Shown here piece after piece: positions 1 to 9,801 of a stretch of DNA of 64,000 nucleotides. The notes below the pieces were generated by a model. That model was not told where the DNA came from. It ran no database searches and saw only the letters and a list, made by a program, of their open reading frames with translations. A program made the translations under genes and the position numbers. Each line of letters begins with the position of its first letter. The stretch's first letter is position 1. The stretch comes from Spirochaetia bacterium (lineage in GTDB: Bacteria > Spirochaetota > Spirochaetia > SZUA-6 > Bin103). The stretch spans positions 96,001-160,000 of the forward strand of contig CBDATQ010000001.1 of NCBI GenBank assembly GCA_965199955.1, read 5' to 3'.

Positions 1-2
1 CA

Positions 3-182
3 CGATCCGGGTTCCTGCTGCGGCTCACGATCACCCACCCCGGGATGCACACGACCATCGTCGGAACGAGCGATCCGCAGCACCTCGCCGAAAACCTGGC
101 GGCCGCCGAGCGCGGCACGGTGCGCGAAGACGCCTATGCCGAGATCCAGCGGCGGCTCACCGGGGCCGGCGAGCACCCGTAG
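3..182 (+). CDS. 3' end of probable aldo/keto reductase (partial, window edge)
   Basis: Frame from nt 3 reads FLLRLTITHPGMHTTIVGTSDPQHLAENLAAAERG, the typical AKR C-terminal pattern; stop TAG at 180-182. Confidence 0.7.
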   Translation, partial: RSGFLLRLTITHPGMHTTIVGTSDPQHLAENLAAAERGTVREDAYAEIQRRLTGAGEHP

Positions 183-347
183 CGGGAGCGCTGCGACCTG
201 CCAGACCCGCGCAGCGATCGGCGACGCGCTCAGGGCCTAACGCTGCGGATCGCGACTCACCGAGCCGCCGATCGATGCGCCCCGAATGCTGCCCTCGAAC
301 ATTCGGCGAACCCGCGCCGCGAACTTGCAGCAAATCATTTTATGAAT

Positions 348-361
348 TTGATTTAAATCAT
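348..361. promoter_or_regulatory. FNR/CRP-like palindromic site in an AT-rich patch
   Basis: TTGATTTAAATCAT vs FNR consensus TTGAT-N4-ATCAA; perfect palindrome TGATTTAAATCA at 349-360. Confidence 0.45.
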
Positions 362-419
362 GTTACACGCCACCTGAAGCGAGCTCGCATCCACCGTCTC
401 CGCCCTGTCCGATGCCGCC

Positions 420-746
420 CGAGCCGTAGCTCAGGCTCTGCCGCAGGTGCGGAACGCCGTCGGACGACGGAGCGTAGAACACCCCCACCTCGAAGTCCTT
501 GTCGGCGCTAGCCTCGGCAGCCGTGAACCAGCTCCCCATCGGGTAGATCGCCGCCTTGCCGGCCAGGAACTGCTGCTCCAGGTCGGCGTAGCCGACGCTC
601 AGCGCGCCCTTAGCGCGCGGTGTCCACGTTTCGGATCCGCTGGAGGTCGGGATCATCGTCGGGCAGTGGCCACAGGATGCCGGCGTCGGCGAACACGTTG
701 ATGGTGACGTTGGTCATCAGGTCGGGCACGTCACCGGCGGCGATCC
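420..746 (-). pseudogene. Remnant of a sugar-type ABC substrate-binding protein
   Basis: Two fragments in different frames: IAAGDVPDLMTNV...DAGILWPL and GYADLEQQFLAGKAAIYPMGSWF...FEVGVFYAP; no start, signal peptide or C-terminus. Confidence 0.65.
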
Positions 747-929
747 GCGTCCCCGGGGTTGGTCAGCGCAGGCGGGCCGCCCGGCACGGCGCCGAAGCGG
801 CCTCTGCCTGTCGCGACACAGCGTATCACGGGCCGGCACTCGGCCATCCCGACGCCTGCGCCACCGCTCGCGGATTTTCGATAGAATCGCCGACCGAACC
901 CCAACAATCCGATAATCCCTTATAGAGCG

Positions 930-3900
930 ATGAGCACCGCAACAGCACCCTTGTCCGTTTTCCAGCCGGTGGAGAGCCAGGTCGACTTCCCGGCCATGGA
1001 AGAAGAGATCCTGGCCTTCTGGAACGATGGCGGCCTGTACCGGAAGTCGGTCGAGGGCCGCCCCGCCGACAGGCCGTTCCGGTTCTATGACGGGCCGCCG
1101 TTCGCCACCGGCCTGCCGCACTACGGGCACCTGCTCGCATCCATCTCCAAGGACGTGGTGCCGCGCTACTGGACCATGCGCGGCTACCGCGTGGAACGCC
1201 GCTGGGGCTGGGACTGCCATGGCCTGCCGGTGGAGAACGAGGCGGAGAGCCAGCTTGGCCTGAAGACTCGCGCCGACATCATCGACTACGGCATCGGCCC
1301 CTTCAACGAGTACTGCCGGCAGGTGGTGCTGCGCTACACCGCCGAGTGGCAGACGCTGATCCAGCGCCTGGGCCGCTGGGTCGACTGGGACCACCAGTAC
1401 CGGACCATGGACACCGACTTCATGGAGTCGGTCTGGTGGGTGTTCAAGTCGCTGTGGGACAAGGGCCTGATCTACGAGGGCTTCAAGTCGCTGGCCTACT
1501 GCCCGCGCTGCGCGACGCCGCTGTCCAACTTCGAGGTCAACCTCGGATACCAGGACACGCAGGACCCGTCGATCACCGCACGCTTCCGCGTGCGCGGCGC
1601 GCCCGGCCTGTCCATCCTGGCCTGGACGACCACGCCCTGGACGCTGCCGTCGAACATGGCGCTGGCTGTGGGCTCCGACATCGACTACGTGCGCGTCGCC
1701 ACCACGGACGGCGAGTCGCTGATCCTGGCGCGCTCCCGCCTGGACGCCGTGTTCGGCAAGCGCACGGCGGAGATCGCCGCGGTCGCCGAGCAGCCGGTCG
1801 ACGAGCTCCTGGCCATGACCTACGAGCCGCTGTTCGACGACTTCGCCGAGCTGCGCGACGAGGGTGCGTTCCGGGTGGTGGCCGCCGACTTCGTGTCCAC
1901 CGAGGACGGCACCGGCATCGTCCACATCGCCCCCGGCTTCGGCGAGGACGACCACCTGCTCGGCCAGCGCGCCGGCATCCCCGTGGTCTGCCCGATCGAC
2001 GCCGACTGCCGCTTCACGGAAGAGGTGGCCGACTACGCCGGGCAGTTCGTCAAGGACGCCGACACGCCCATCGTCCGCGCCCTGCGCGCGGCCGGCACGC
2101 TGTTCTCCGATGGCACCATCGTCCACAACTACCCGTTCTGCTGGCGCTGCGACGCGCCGCTGATCTACCGCACCGTCTCCACCTGGTTCGTCCGGGTCGA
2201 GGGCGAGCTCAAGGAGCGGATGCTGGCCGCCAACCGCCGCATCCGCTGGGTCCCTGAGCACATCCGCGACGGCCGCTTCGGCCGCTGGCTGGAGGGCGCC
2301 CGCGACTGGGCGATCAGCCGCAACCGCTACTGGGGCACGCCGCTGCCGATCTGGCGCGACGAGGAGACCGGCGAGGCGCTCTGCGTGGGCAGCATCGAGG
2401 AGCTCGCGGCGCTGACCGGCCAGCCGGTCGACGACCTGCACAAGCACCGCATCGACGACCTGGAGATCCCCTCGCCGTCGGGCGCGGGCACCCTGCGCCG
2501 CATCCCGGAGGTCCTGGACTGCTGGTTCGAGTCGGGATCGATGCCGTACGCGCAGAGCCACTACCCGTTCGGGCGGGCGGAGGACTTCGAGGCGAGCTTT
2601 CCCGCCGACTTCATCTCCGAGAACCTGGACCAGACGCGCGGCTGGTTCTACACGCTTACGGTGCTGGCGGCGGCCCTGTTCGACGGGCCGGCGTTCCACA
2701 ACTGCATCGTCGGCGGCATGCTGCTGGCCGAGGACGGCCGCAAGCTGAGCAAGCGCCTGCGCAACTACCCCGACCCGGCGAAGATGCTTGCCACCTACGG
2801 CGCCGACGCGATGAGGCTCTACCTGCTGAACTCGTCGGCCATGAAGGCGGAGGAGCTGCGCCTGAGCGAGTCCGGGATGAGTCAGAGCCTGCGCGACGTG
2901 ATCATCCCGCTCTGGAACGCCTACAGCTTCTTCGTCACCTACGCCCGCATCGACGGCTGGAAGCCGGCCGCGGGACCGGACGCGGCCGGGACCCGATCCA
3001 CGAACCGCCTGGACCGCTGGATCGTCTCCTCGCTGCAGACCCTGCTGGACGACGTCAACCGGGAGATGGAGGCCTACCGCCTCTACCGCACCGTGCCGGC
3101 CATGGTCGCGTTCGTGGAGCGGCTCACCAACTGGTACATCCGGCGCAGCCGCCGCCGCTTCTGGAAGTCCGAGGACGACGCCGACAAGGCGGCCGCCTAC
3201 GCGACGCTCTACGAGGTGCTGACCGCCTTCGTGAAAGCGCTGGCGCCCGTGCTCCCGTTCGTGACCGAGCGCATCTACCAGAACCTCGCGCGCGCCGCCG
3301 ACCCCGGCGCCCCGGAGAGCATTCACCTCTGCGACATGCCGCAGGCGCGCGAAGATCTGCGCGACCGGGCGCTGGAGCGCAGCATGGAGTTGGCGACGCG
3401 GGCGGTCGTGCTCGGCCGCTCGCTGCGCGGCAAGCACGACCTCAAGGTCCGCCAGCCGCTGCGCCGCCTCTACCTGCTGCCGGCCGACGAGGAGAGCCGC
3501 CACGAGCTCGAGCCCATGCGGGACCTGATCGCCGAGGAGCTCAACGTCAAGGAGGTCGTCCTGGTGGAAGACGAGACCGAGCTCAGCGAGGTCTCCTACA
3601 AGCCCGACTTCCGCCGCCTGGGCCCCCGCTTCCGCACCGGCATGAAGGAGGCGGCCGCGCGCGTGCGCTCGCTCAGCCCGGCCGACATCGCCGAGCTCAA
3701 GGGCGGCGGCATCGAGGTCGCCGGCGGCCGCATCACCCTCGACGACCTGGACGTGCAGCGCACGGAGAAGCCCGGCATCGTCGCGGCGCTTGCGAACAAC
3801 CTGGGCGTCGGCCTGGACACCCAGCTCGACGCGGAGCTTCAGGCCGAGGGGCTCGCCCGCGAGCTGGTTAACCGCATCCAGAACCTGCGCAAGACCGCCG

Positions 3901-4109
3901 GCCTGGAGGTCTCCGACCGCATCGAGCTCGGCGTGCAGGGCACGGACGAGGTGGAATCGGCGGTCGCCGGCCACCGCGACTACGTGAGCGGCGAGACCCT
4001 GGCCGTCGAGCTCCGCATCGGCTCGCTCCCGGACGGCGCCGCCGAATCGCAGGCCCTCACCGTCAACGGCCACGACGCCACGGTCGCGCTCCGCAAGGCG
4101 GAGCGGTAG
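930..4109 (+). CDS. ileS: Isoleucine--tRNA ligase, type 2 (eukaryote/archaea-like)
   Basis: DGPPFATGLPHYGH (HIGH), GWDCHGLP, WTTTPWTLPSN, DWAISRNRYWG, KLSKR (KMSKS); 1059 aa. Confidence 0.97.
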   Translation: MSTATAPLSVFQPVESQVDFPAMEEEILAFWNDGGLYRKSVEGRPADRPFRFYDGPPFATGLPHYGHLLASISKDVVPRYWTMRGYRVERRWGWDCHGLPVENEAESQLGLKTRADIIDYGIGPFNEYCRQVVLRYTAEWQTLIQRLGRWVDWDHQYRTMDTDFMESVWWVFKSLWDKGLIYEGFKSLAYCPRCATPLSNFEVNLGYQDTQDPSITARFRVRGAPGLSILAWTTTPWTLPSNMALAVGSDIDYVRVATTDGESLILARSRLDAVFGKRTAEIAAVAEQPVDELLAMTYEPLFDDFAELRDEGAFRVVAADFVSTEDGTGIVHIAPGFGEDDHLLGQRAGIPVVCPIDADCRFTEEVADYAGQFVKDADTPIVRALRAAGTLFSDGTIVHNYPFCWRCDAPLIYRTVSTWFVRVEGELKERMLAANRRIRWVPEHIRDGRFGRWLEGARDWAISRNRYWGTPLPIWRDEETGEALCVGSIEELAALTGQPVDDLHKHRIDDLEIPSPSGAGTLRRIPEVLDCWFESGSMPYAQSHYPFGRAEDFEASFPADFISENLDQTRGWFYTLTVLAAALFDGPAFHNCIVGGMLLAEDGRKLSKRLRNYPDPAKMLATYGADAMRLYLLNSSAMKAEELRLSESGMSQSLRDVIIPLWNAYSFFVTYARIDGWKPAAGPDAAGTRSTNRLDRWIVSSLQTLLDDVNREMEAYRLYRTVPAMVAFVERLTNWYIRRSRRRFWKSEDDADKAAAYATLYEVLTAFVKALAPVLPFVTERIYQNLARAADPGAPESIHLCDMPQAREDLRDRALERSMELATRAVVLGRSLRGKHDLKVRQPLRRLYLLPADEESRHELEPMRDLIAEELNVKEVVLVEDETELSEVSYKPDFRRLGPRFRTGMKEAAARVRSLSPADIAELKGGGIEVAGGRITLDDLDVQRTEKPGIVAALANNLGVGLDTQLDAELQAEGLARELVNRIQNLRKTAGLEVSDRIELGVQGTDEVESAVAGHRDYVSGETLAVELRIGSLPDGAAESQALTVNGHDATVALRKAER

Positions 4110-4143
4110 CTCCACCAGGGCGACTCTGCACAAGACCCCACAC

Positions 4144-5028
4144 GTGTTCACGACCGGCGAATTCACCAGGATCGCGCGGGTGACCCGGCGCACCCTGCGC
4201 CACTACCGGGACATCGGCCTGTTCGTGCCCGTCGAGTCGGACGCCGACAATGGCTACCACTACTACACGATGGCGCAACTTCCGCGCCTCCACCGGATTC
4301 TTGCGCTGCGCGAGCTGGGGTTCGGCCTTGACCAGATTCAGCGCATGGTCGACGACGTGATTGCTCCCGGTGAGGTGCGCGACCTGATGCAGCGCCGCAA
4401 GGCGGAGATCGAGCGGGATCTGCAGCGCGGGCGGCAGAGCATCCGCGCCATCGAGTCACGCCTGCAGCTCCTGGAGCGCGGTGTTGCCGACTTCGAAATC
4501 GTCGTGAAGCGGCTGCCTTCGCGGGCCTGGTATGCCGCAACCTTCCGGTGCAAGAGCCTTCCTCATGCGAAGGAGACGTTTGCGCGGGTGTCTCGCGGCC
4601 TGACGGAACGGATCGACCCGGCACTGCGGGCCCAGTTCGTGTCGCGGATGAGGTCGGATGCGTTCGAGGTGTCCGGGATGGACATCGAGCTCGGCTACCT
4701 GTTGGAGCCGGGCGCCGAACCGGCAGCGGAAACGATCGCGGGGCTGGGGTTCGCGCCGGCAACGCTGGCCACCGTACGGACCGCGGCAACCATCGTCGTG
4801 GCCATGACGCCGGACCTCTGGCACGTCGCGACCACAGCGATCGGCCAGTGGCTGGAGTCGAACGCGTACCGGATCACCGGCATGACGCGCGAGGTGTGGC
4901 ACGAGCTGCCCGGCGGTGACCCCACGCCCGTCGCCGAGTTGCAATGGCCGGTGGAACCGGCCGAACCGTCGGAGAGCCGGTCCATGACCGACCCCCCGGC
5001 GTCCGGTCAGGTCAGAGAAGGGCGATGA
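4144..5028 (+). CDS. MerR-family transcriptional regulator with GyrI-like C-terminal domain
   Basis: FTTGEFTRIARVTRRTLRHYRDIGLF...ILALRELGFGLDQI MerR HTH; BmrR-like size and C-terminus. Confidence 0.88.
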   Translation: MFTTGEFTRIARVTRRTLRHYRDIGLFVPVESDADNGYHYYTMAQLPRLHRILALRELGFGLDQIQRMVDDVIAPGEVRDLMQRRKAEIERDLQRGRQSIRAIESRLQLLERGVADFEIVVKRLPSRAWYAATFRCKSLPHAKETFARVSRGLTERIDPALRAQFVSRMRSDAFEVSGMDIELGYLLEPGAEPAAETIAGLGFAPATLATVRTAATIVVAMTPDLWHVATTAIGQWLESNAYRITGMTREVWHELPGGDPTPVAELQWPVEPAEPSESRSMTDPPASGQVREGR

Positions 5029-6046
5029 AGTCCGCGATCGTCTCCGCCAGCTCGACCGGCGCGTCCTCCTGGATGAAATGGTACGCCGGTGCCGATTCCG
5101 AACCGACCGATCGGGTTTCCAGGTTGGGCATGACGTGCGCAAGCTGCGCCGCCAGCGTGGCGGCGTTCGGCAGTCGGCCCGGCACGCCGTGGATGAACAG
5201 CTTCGGTGTCTCGGTGCGCATCAGATAGGCCGCGGAGCGCTGCGCGATCTCGATCTGCGGCGCCGGCTTCGCCGGCTGGCCGCCCGATCCGTCCGGGTCG
5301 TACCGGGGATGTCCGGTGGTGTCCAGGAACGGCAGATATTGCGGCAGAAGGAAGAGCTGCTCGCGACTCTCGGGCGTCAGGAAGGGGGCGCGGTACACGG
5401 CGCGCTCCTGTTCCGTCCACTGCCGGCGGGTCCCCCCGCACTCCGGGTTCAGCAGGAAGCACTCGACGAAGAAGTTGTCGTCCACAACGTTCTTGCGGCC
5501 GGTGACCGGATGGAGGACGCCCGTCAGGAAGAACGACGGCACGTTGGACATGTCGGGAATCGGCTGAAACGGAGTCTCGAAGAACACGAGCCCGCGCACC
5601 CGATCCGGATGATTGGCTGCGTAGGCAAAGCCCCAGGGCCCACCCCAGTCGTGCAGCACCAACGTGATGTCGTCCAGGCCCAGCGCCTCGATGAACTGCG
5701 TGAGCATCTCGATGTGCCCGGCGGCGTCCAGGGGCTCGGTCCGGTCCGACAATCCGAAGTTGATCATGTCGGGCGCGATGACCCGGCCATGCTCGCTCAG
5801 GATCGGGATCATGTTGCGCCACAGGTAGGCCTGCGTCGGGATGCCGTGCAGCAGCAGAATCGGGTCGCCCCGCCCCTCGTCGAGGTAGTGCATTCTGAGG
5901 CCGCCATCCAGCGCCACGAAGTGCGAAACGTAGGGGAAACCCTCGTAGGCGAGCGTCCCGTCCCCTTCCTGGGCGCCCGCGCTCCCCGCGGCGATCGACA
6001 GACCTGCCAGCAGGGTGACGAAAATCGAACGGTTCATGGTAACCAT
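5012..6046 (-). CDS. Haloalkane dehalogenase-like alpha/beta hydrolase with signal peptide
   Basis: MHYLDEG, LLHGIPT, HDWGG nucleophile motif, HFIQED catalytic His; hydrophobic N-terminus ending AGA-QE. Confidence 0.82.
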   Translation of the reverse strand: MVTMNRSIFVTLLAGLSIAAGSAGAQEGDGTLAYEGFPYVSHFVALDGGLRMHYLDEGRGDPILLLHGIPTQAYLWRNMIPILSEHGRVIAPDMINFGLSDRTEPLDAAGHIEMLTQFIEALGLDDITLVLHDWGGPWGFAYAANHPDRVRGLVFFETPFQPIPDMSNVPSFFLTGVLHPVTGRKNVVDDNFFVECFLLNPECGGTRRQWTEQERAVYRAPFLTPESREQLFLLPQYLPFLDTTGHPRYDPDGSGGQPAKPAPQIEIAQRSAAYLMRTETPKLFIHGVPGRLPNAATLAAQLAHVMPNLETRSVGSESAPAYHFIQEDAPVELAETIADFIALL

Positions 6047-6161
6047 GCCGCGACCGTAAGGATGGCCGTAACGTCCAGGTCAACGAGCGCGTCTCTGTGT
6101 ACAGCGGTCGTTTACTAATATTACAGAGATCCGTACAGTGGGATGGAACTCGGAGGTCGAG

Positions 6162-6428
6162 ATGGCAAAGGAACTGCCCATTACCGAAGCGCGCGCCAAG
6201 CTCACGCAGATCGCCAACGACCTCGTCGACTCTCAGAACACGGTGATCGTCACGAACCGGGGGAAGCCGATGATGACGCTGATCGGCTACGAGATGTACG
6301 AGTCGATCATGGAGTCCCTGGAGATCATGAGCGATCCCGACCTGATGGCGCAGCTCCGGAAGAGCCTGGTGGAGGCTCGAAGCGGCGACGTGATCGGCCT
6401 CGTGGAGGTCGAGCGCGAGCTCGCCTGA
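6162..6428 (+). CDS. Phd/YefM-family antitoxin
   Basis: LPITEARAKLTQI...VIVTNRGKP...YESIMESLEIMSDP; SD GGAGG upstream. Confidence 0.88.
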   Translation: MAKELPITEARAKLTQIANDLVDSQNTVIVTNRGKPMMTLIGYEMYESIMESLEIMSDPDLMAQLRKSLVEARSGDVIGLVEVERELA

Positions 6429-6429
6429 G

Positions 6430-6612
6430 GTGTGCCGGGTAGTTCTGACCCCGACGGCCCGAGACATGCTGGCCGAGATCCGGGACCGGCGCATCCGCCG
6501 ACAGATCCTCACCAGGCTGCAGGCTCTCCAGGAGCACGCGAAGTCGATCGGAAAGCCCCTGATCGGCGAACTTGCGGGGTGTTACAGCCTGCGAGTCGCG
6601 GCGCGACGGTAC
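6430..6612 (+). pseudogene. C-terminally truncated RelE/ParE-family toxin, reading in frame into the downstream antitoxin
   Basis: RVVLTPTARDMLAEI...GKPLIGELAGCYSLRV..RY, then similarity ends; the usual RIIY strands are absent and there is no stop before 6915. Confidence 0.72.
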
Positions 6613-6637
6613 CCGGTCCCCTGCGATTTCCAGAGGT

Positions 6638-6670
6638 TGGACACGAGTTCCGCAATTCACTATTTTCGTG
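6638..6670 (+). promoter_or_regulatory. Putative leaderless promoter/operator of the RHH-PIN module
   Basis: TGGACA-17nt-TATTTT, 6 nt before ATG 6673; inverted repeat CACGA (6642-46) / TCGTG (6666-70). Confidence 0.5.
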
Positions 6671-6672
6671 AC

Positions 6673-6915
6673 ATGAAGAACGTGACCGTATCTCTTCCCG
6701 AAGACACGGCTCGATGGGTCCGGGTCGAGGCGGCCAAGGCCGATCGCAGCGTGTCCGCGTGGCTGGCCGACCTGCTGAATGACACGAAGTGCCGCAGCGA
6801 TGACTACGACGCCGCGATGGAGCGGTGTCTGGCGATCAGGCCGCGCAAGCTGGCGTGGGTCGACGGCCGCAAGCCCGTCCGCGAGGAGTTGCATGACCGC
6901 GCCGGTCTTCGTTGA
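6673..6915 (+). CDS. CopG/ribbon-helix-helix antitoxin
   Basis: MKNVTVSLPEDTARWVRVEAAKADRSVSAWLADLL; overlaps the PIN toxin start. Confidence 0.8.
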   Translation: MKNVTVSLPEDTARWVRVEAAKADRSVSAWLADLLNDTKCRSDDYDAAMERCLAIRPRKLAWVDGRKPVREELHDRAGLR

Positions 6916-7357
6916 TACCAACGTCCTGGTCTACCGTCATGACGGCACGGATCCGGTCAAGCAGGCGCGTGCCGAAGAATGGTACGAGTTCCTTTGGCGA
7001 CTGCGGCTGGGCCGTCTCAGCTTCCAGGTGCTGCAGGAACTGTACGCCACGCTTAGCCGCAAGCTGGTGCCGCAATTCGACGCGTGGGAAGCCCGTGCTC
7101 TGGTCCGCGACCTCGCCGCGTGGCAGCCGGTTGCCGCGGATCTCGCCCTGCTGGAGCGCGCCTGGCGCCTGGAGGCACGCTACTCGCTGTCGTGGTGGGA
7201 CGCCATGATCGTCGCCGCCGCGCAGGCCGGCGGCTGCCGGGCCCTGCTGACGGAGGACCTCCAGCATGGGCAGATGTTCGGGGAGGTACAGGTGATCGAC
7301 CCGTTCGCGTCGCCCGAGCGGCCGCCGGCGGAGTTGCTTGCCGCTTCGGGAGCGTGA
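6893..7357 (+). CDS. PIN-domain (VapC-like) toxin
   Basis: VFVDTNVLVY, QVLQE, SWWDAMIVAAA, LLTEDL. Confidence 0.9.
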   Translation: MTAPVFVDTNVLVYRHDGTDPVKQARAEEWYEFLWRLRLGRLSFQVLQELYATLSRKLVPQFDAWEARALVRDLAAWQPVAADLALLERAWRLEARYSLSWWDAMIVAAAQAGGCRALLTEDLQHGQMFGEVQVIDPFASPERPPAELLAASGA

Positions 7358-7428
7358 CGCTCCCGCGCGATCGATGAGCGGCGGCATGCGCCGCGTCGAC
7401 TTCGGTTCGAGCGAGTTCAGACACTTCA

Positions 7429-8483
<1,055 letters not shown>

Positions 8484-8487
<4 letters not shown>

Positions 8488-9527
8488 GGCTGTCCCGCCG
8501 CGGCGCCGGCCGAGCCCGCCGTTCTCATCGGCCGGAAGTCCGAGTAGCGGTAACATGCCGCCTCGTGTCCGGGCCAGAACGCGTGCAGCGGCGGCTCCTC
8601 GGTCCCGCAGATCTCCTGCGCGTACGGACAGCGCGGATGGAACCGGCACCCCTCCGGCATGGCGTGCGGGCTCGGCACCACGCCCTCGATCGCAATCAGC
8701 TCATCGCGCTCTTCGGCGGGGTTCGGCAGCGATCCCAGGAGGCCCTCCGTATACGGATGGCGGCCCTCGCGGAACAGGGTGACCACGTCGGCCCGCTCCA
8801 CGATCTTGCCGGCGTACATCACCACCACCTGTTGCACCATCTCGGCGACCACGCCCAGGTCGTGGGTGATCAGGACGATCGCCATGCCGAGCTCCGCGCG
8901 GAGCTGGCGCATCAGGTCCAGGACCTGCGCCTGGATCGTGGTGTCCAGCGCGGTCGACGGCTCGTCCGCGATCAGTATCTTCGGGTGGCACGACAGCGCC
9001 ATGGCGATCATCACCCGCTGCCGCATGCCGCCGCTCATCTCGTGCGGGTAGTCGCGCACCCGCTTCTCCGGGGCCGGTATGCCGACCAGCTCCAGCATCT
9101 CCACGGCGCGGCCGTACGCCTCGCGCTTGCGAAGGCGCTGGTGCCGGATGATGTTCTCGGCGATCTGGAAGCCGACGCTGAACACCGGGTTCAGGCTCGA
9201 CATCGGCTCCTGGAAGATCATCGAGATCTCGTTGCCGCGGATCTCGCGCATGCGCGCCTCCGGGAAGCGCAGCAGGTCCTGCCCCTCGAACAGGATGCGG
9301 CCGCTCTCGATGCGGCCGGGCGGCGAGGCCACCAGCCGCAGCACCGTCAGCGCCGTAACGGACTTGCCGCAGCCGGATTCGCCGACGATGCCGAGCGTGC
9401 CGCCGGCCGGCAGGTCGAAGCTCACCCCGTCCACGGCCGGCACCACGCCATCCTCGGTGTCGAAGTAGGTGCGCAGGTCGCGCACCGAAAGCAGCGGCGC
9501 GACAACGGTGCCCGTGTCCTGACTCAC
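8484..9527 (-). CDS. Oligopeptide/dipeptide ABC ATPase (OppD/DppD-like)
   Basis: [28 protein letters not shown] start inferred. Confidence 0.92.
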
Positions 9528-9562
9528 CTCAGGCACGCTACCGATTCGTTCACGACAGTTGT

Positions 9563-9648
9563 TGCTGCGGAAAGGACTTGAACCTTCACGGGATATAACT
9601 CCCACTAGCCCCTCAAGCTAGCGTGTCTACCAATTCCACCACCGCAGC
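9563..9648 (-). tRNA. tRNA-Leu(GAG)
   Basis: GCTGCGG...TGGTAGAC...CTAGC TTGAGGG GCTAG, long variable arm, GGTTCAAGTCC...CCGCAGCA. Confidence 0.95.
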
Positions 9649-9801
9649 GTTCGGGCTCGGGTGGGACCGCACTATAGGAAACCGGGTTTCCCGGCGTCAA
9701 TCTTCCGTGCGTCCGGGGTTGCCGGGGGAGTGCGTCTTTCGGTAGGTTACGCGCTTCTCCGCGCTCCGCCGGGAGCATTCCACCGGGATTTGGAGGCAGA
9801 C

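Noticed and set aside
780..929. T-box riboswitch upstream of ileS (also checked argS and pheS)
   Set aside because: No T-box GGTGGNACC motif or terminator; leaders are too short
717..4193. 1158-aa antisense ORF over ileS (also 27186-30674 over gyrA/gyrB and many similar ORFs)
   Set aside because: Shadow ORFs expected from high-GC codon bias; no recognisable motifs
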